Below, piece by piece: positions 63,188 to 64,000 of a stretch of DNA of 64,000 bases. The notes beneath the pieces were generated by a model, which was given only the letters and a program-made list of their open reading frames with translations, did no database searches and was not told where the DNA came from. The translations under genes and the position numbers were made by a program. Numbering within the stretch: position 1 is the first letter of the stretch; each line of letters starts with the position of its first letter. The stretch is from IMG/VR virus record IMGVR_UViG_3300009031_000221, positions 192,001 to 256,000 of that record, one strand, 5' to 3'. Origin of the DNA: a virus. Lineage: Duplodnaviria > Caudoviricetes.

Positions 63188-63751
63188 ATGGGTCGGGGTC
63201 CGGAACATGTCATTATTTCCATTCGCAAATCCAAGCAAACAGCGGTCCTATACAAAGGTGGGTGCTGTGTTATTTGCGGGTACGACCGATGTATGTCGGC
63301 TTTGGATTTTCACCACTTGGATCCTTCCCAGAAGGATTTCGGGATTGCGGGTGGTGCCAAAAGTTGGATTCGGATGGTGCCCGAGTTGAACAAATGCGTT
63401 TTGCTTTGCAATCGTTGCCACTCCGAAGTTCACGACGGGATGGCAACTATCACCTCGACAGGCCCTAGCCCTGAACAAGGGTTGGAAGCGGTCAAGGAAG
63501 CAGGGTTGCTTTTCGGGAGGCACCACATCACGAAAGATCCAAACCTTTGCGGTTCTTGTGGCAAGGCCGCTTGGTCCAAGTCCTCGTTGTGCAAGGAATG
63601 CTGGGCACAGGGGCAGCCATCTAAGATCACATGGCCAACCTTTGTGGATCTGGTCGGCATGGTGGCCGAAACTAATATCCGACAGGTGGCCAAAAAACTA
63701 GGGGTCTCGGACCCGTCTGTCGCAAAGCGGATCAAACGGGGATACGTTTAG
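63188..63751 (+). CDS. HNH endonuclease, antisense to the tRNA cluster
   Basis: CVICG, LDFHHLDP, KCVLLCNRCH, C-terminal HTH. Confidence 0.85.
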   Translation: MGRGPEHVIISIRKSKQTAVLYKGGCCVICGYDRCMSALDFHHLDPSQKDFGIAGGAKSWIRMVPELNKCVLLCNRCHSEVHDGMATITSTGPSPEQGLEAVKEAGLLFGRHHITKDPNLCGSCGKAAWSKSSLCKECWAQGQPSKITWPTFVDLVGMVAETNIRQVAKKLGVSDPSVAKRIKRGYV

Positions 63752-63824
63752 TGGGTCTGACAGGAATCGAACCTGCAACACTCGGTGTAAAAGACCGCTA
63801 CGCTAGCCGTTACGTCACAGACCC
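63752..63824 (-). tRNA. tRNA-Lys(TTT)
   Basis: Loop CUUUUAC. Confidence 0.75.
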
Positions 63825-63914
63825 ATTGCGTTTGAAGGGATCTGCGGGCTGTTTATGTCGATGCACGGGAACCTCCTTCTTAGCAAGGGTTGTGAGTTAG
63901 GCACCAGACACAGG

Positions 63915-63987
63915 TGAACCGGAAAGGAGTTGAACCTTCAACATACTGATTAAGAGTCAGCTACTCTGCCAATTGAGTTACCGGTCC
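63915..63987 (-). tRNA. tRNA-Lys(CTT)
   Basis: Loop CUCUUAA. Confidence 0.9.
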
Positions 63988-64000
63988 ATTTACTTACGGT

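Noticed and set aside
16343-63987. Stop-codon suppressor tRNAs or a recoded genetic code
   Set aside because: No canonical CUA, UUA or UCA anticodon was found, and known protein families read full length in the standard code.

Overview
The window is most consistent with a segment of a jumbo or huge phage genome. This is inference from about 54 tRNA or tRNA-like genes, a tmRNA, a GroEL with no GroES in view, nine free-standing HNH or PD-(D/E)XK endonucleases, and a private 26-bp promoter-like motif present 18 times. No rRNA, ribosomal-protein or core metabolic operons are present. 0.5-16 kb: a mostly minus-strand block of probable late or virion genes (SNF2-like helicase, repeat protein, C39 peptidase, GroEL) plus a sigma-like gene. 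16-21.6 kb: a plus-strand tRNA operon behind a leader-peptide attenuator. 22-32 kb: Pth2, a divergent CobT-like vWA / CobS-like AAA pair, an M23-like protein and an HD hydrolase. 32-64 kb: minus-strand tRNA clusters mixed with RNA-repair and processing genes (RNase Z, RtcB, NADAR, Ro60/TROVE-like vWA protein). Four observations stand out. (1) Ten non-coding elements share one conserved stem and internal-loop module (..ACUCG.. opposite ..AAUA/AAUC.., followed by YACACG). In three the module closes a tRNA-like domain, as in Y RNAs; in seven it is a hairpin inserted into an otherwise intact tRNA, the circular permutation of that fold. Nine lie just upstream of the Ro60-like gene. (2) A candidate phage ubiquitin-like conjugation set (E1/ThiF, E2-like, Ubl, JAB) lies between RtcB and the Ro60-like gene. 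(3) An exported tetraheme cytochrome resembles the Geobacter nanowire protein OmcE. (4) A 2.6-kb ORF-poor block holds large, partly duplicated structured RNAs. All structures and family calls were read by eye and need Infernal, HMM or structure-prediction confirmation; RNA ends may be off by a few bases.
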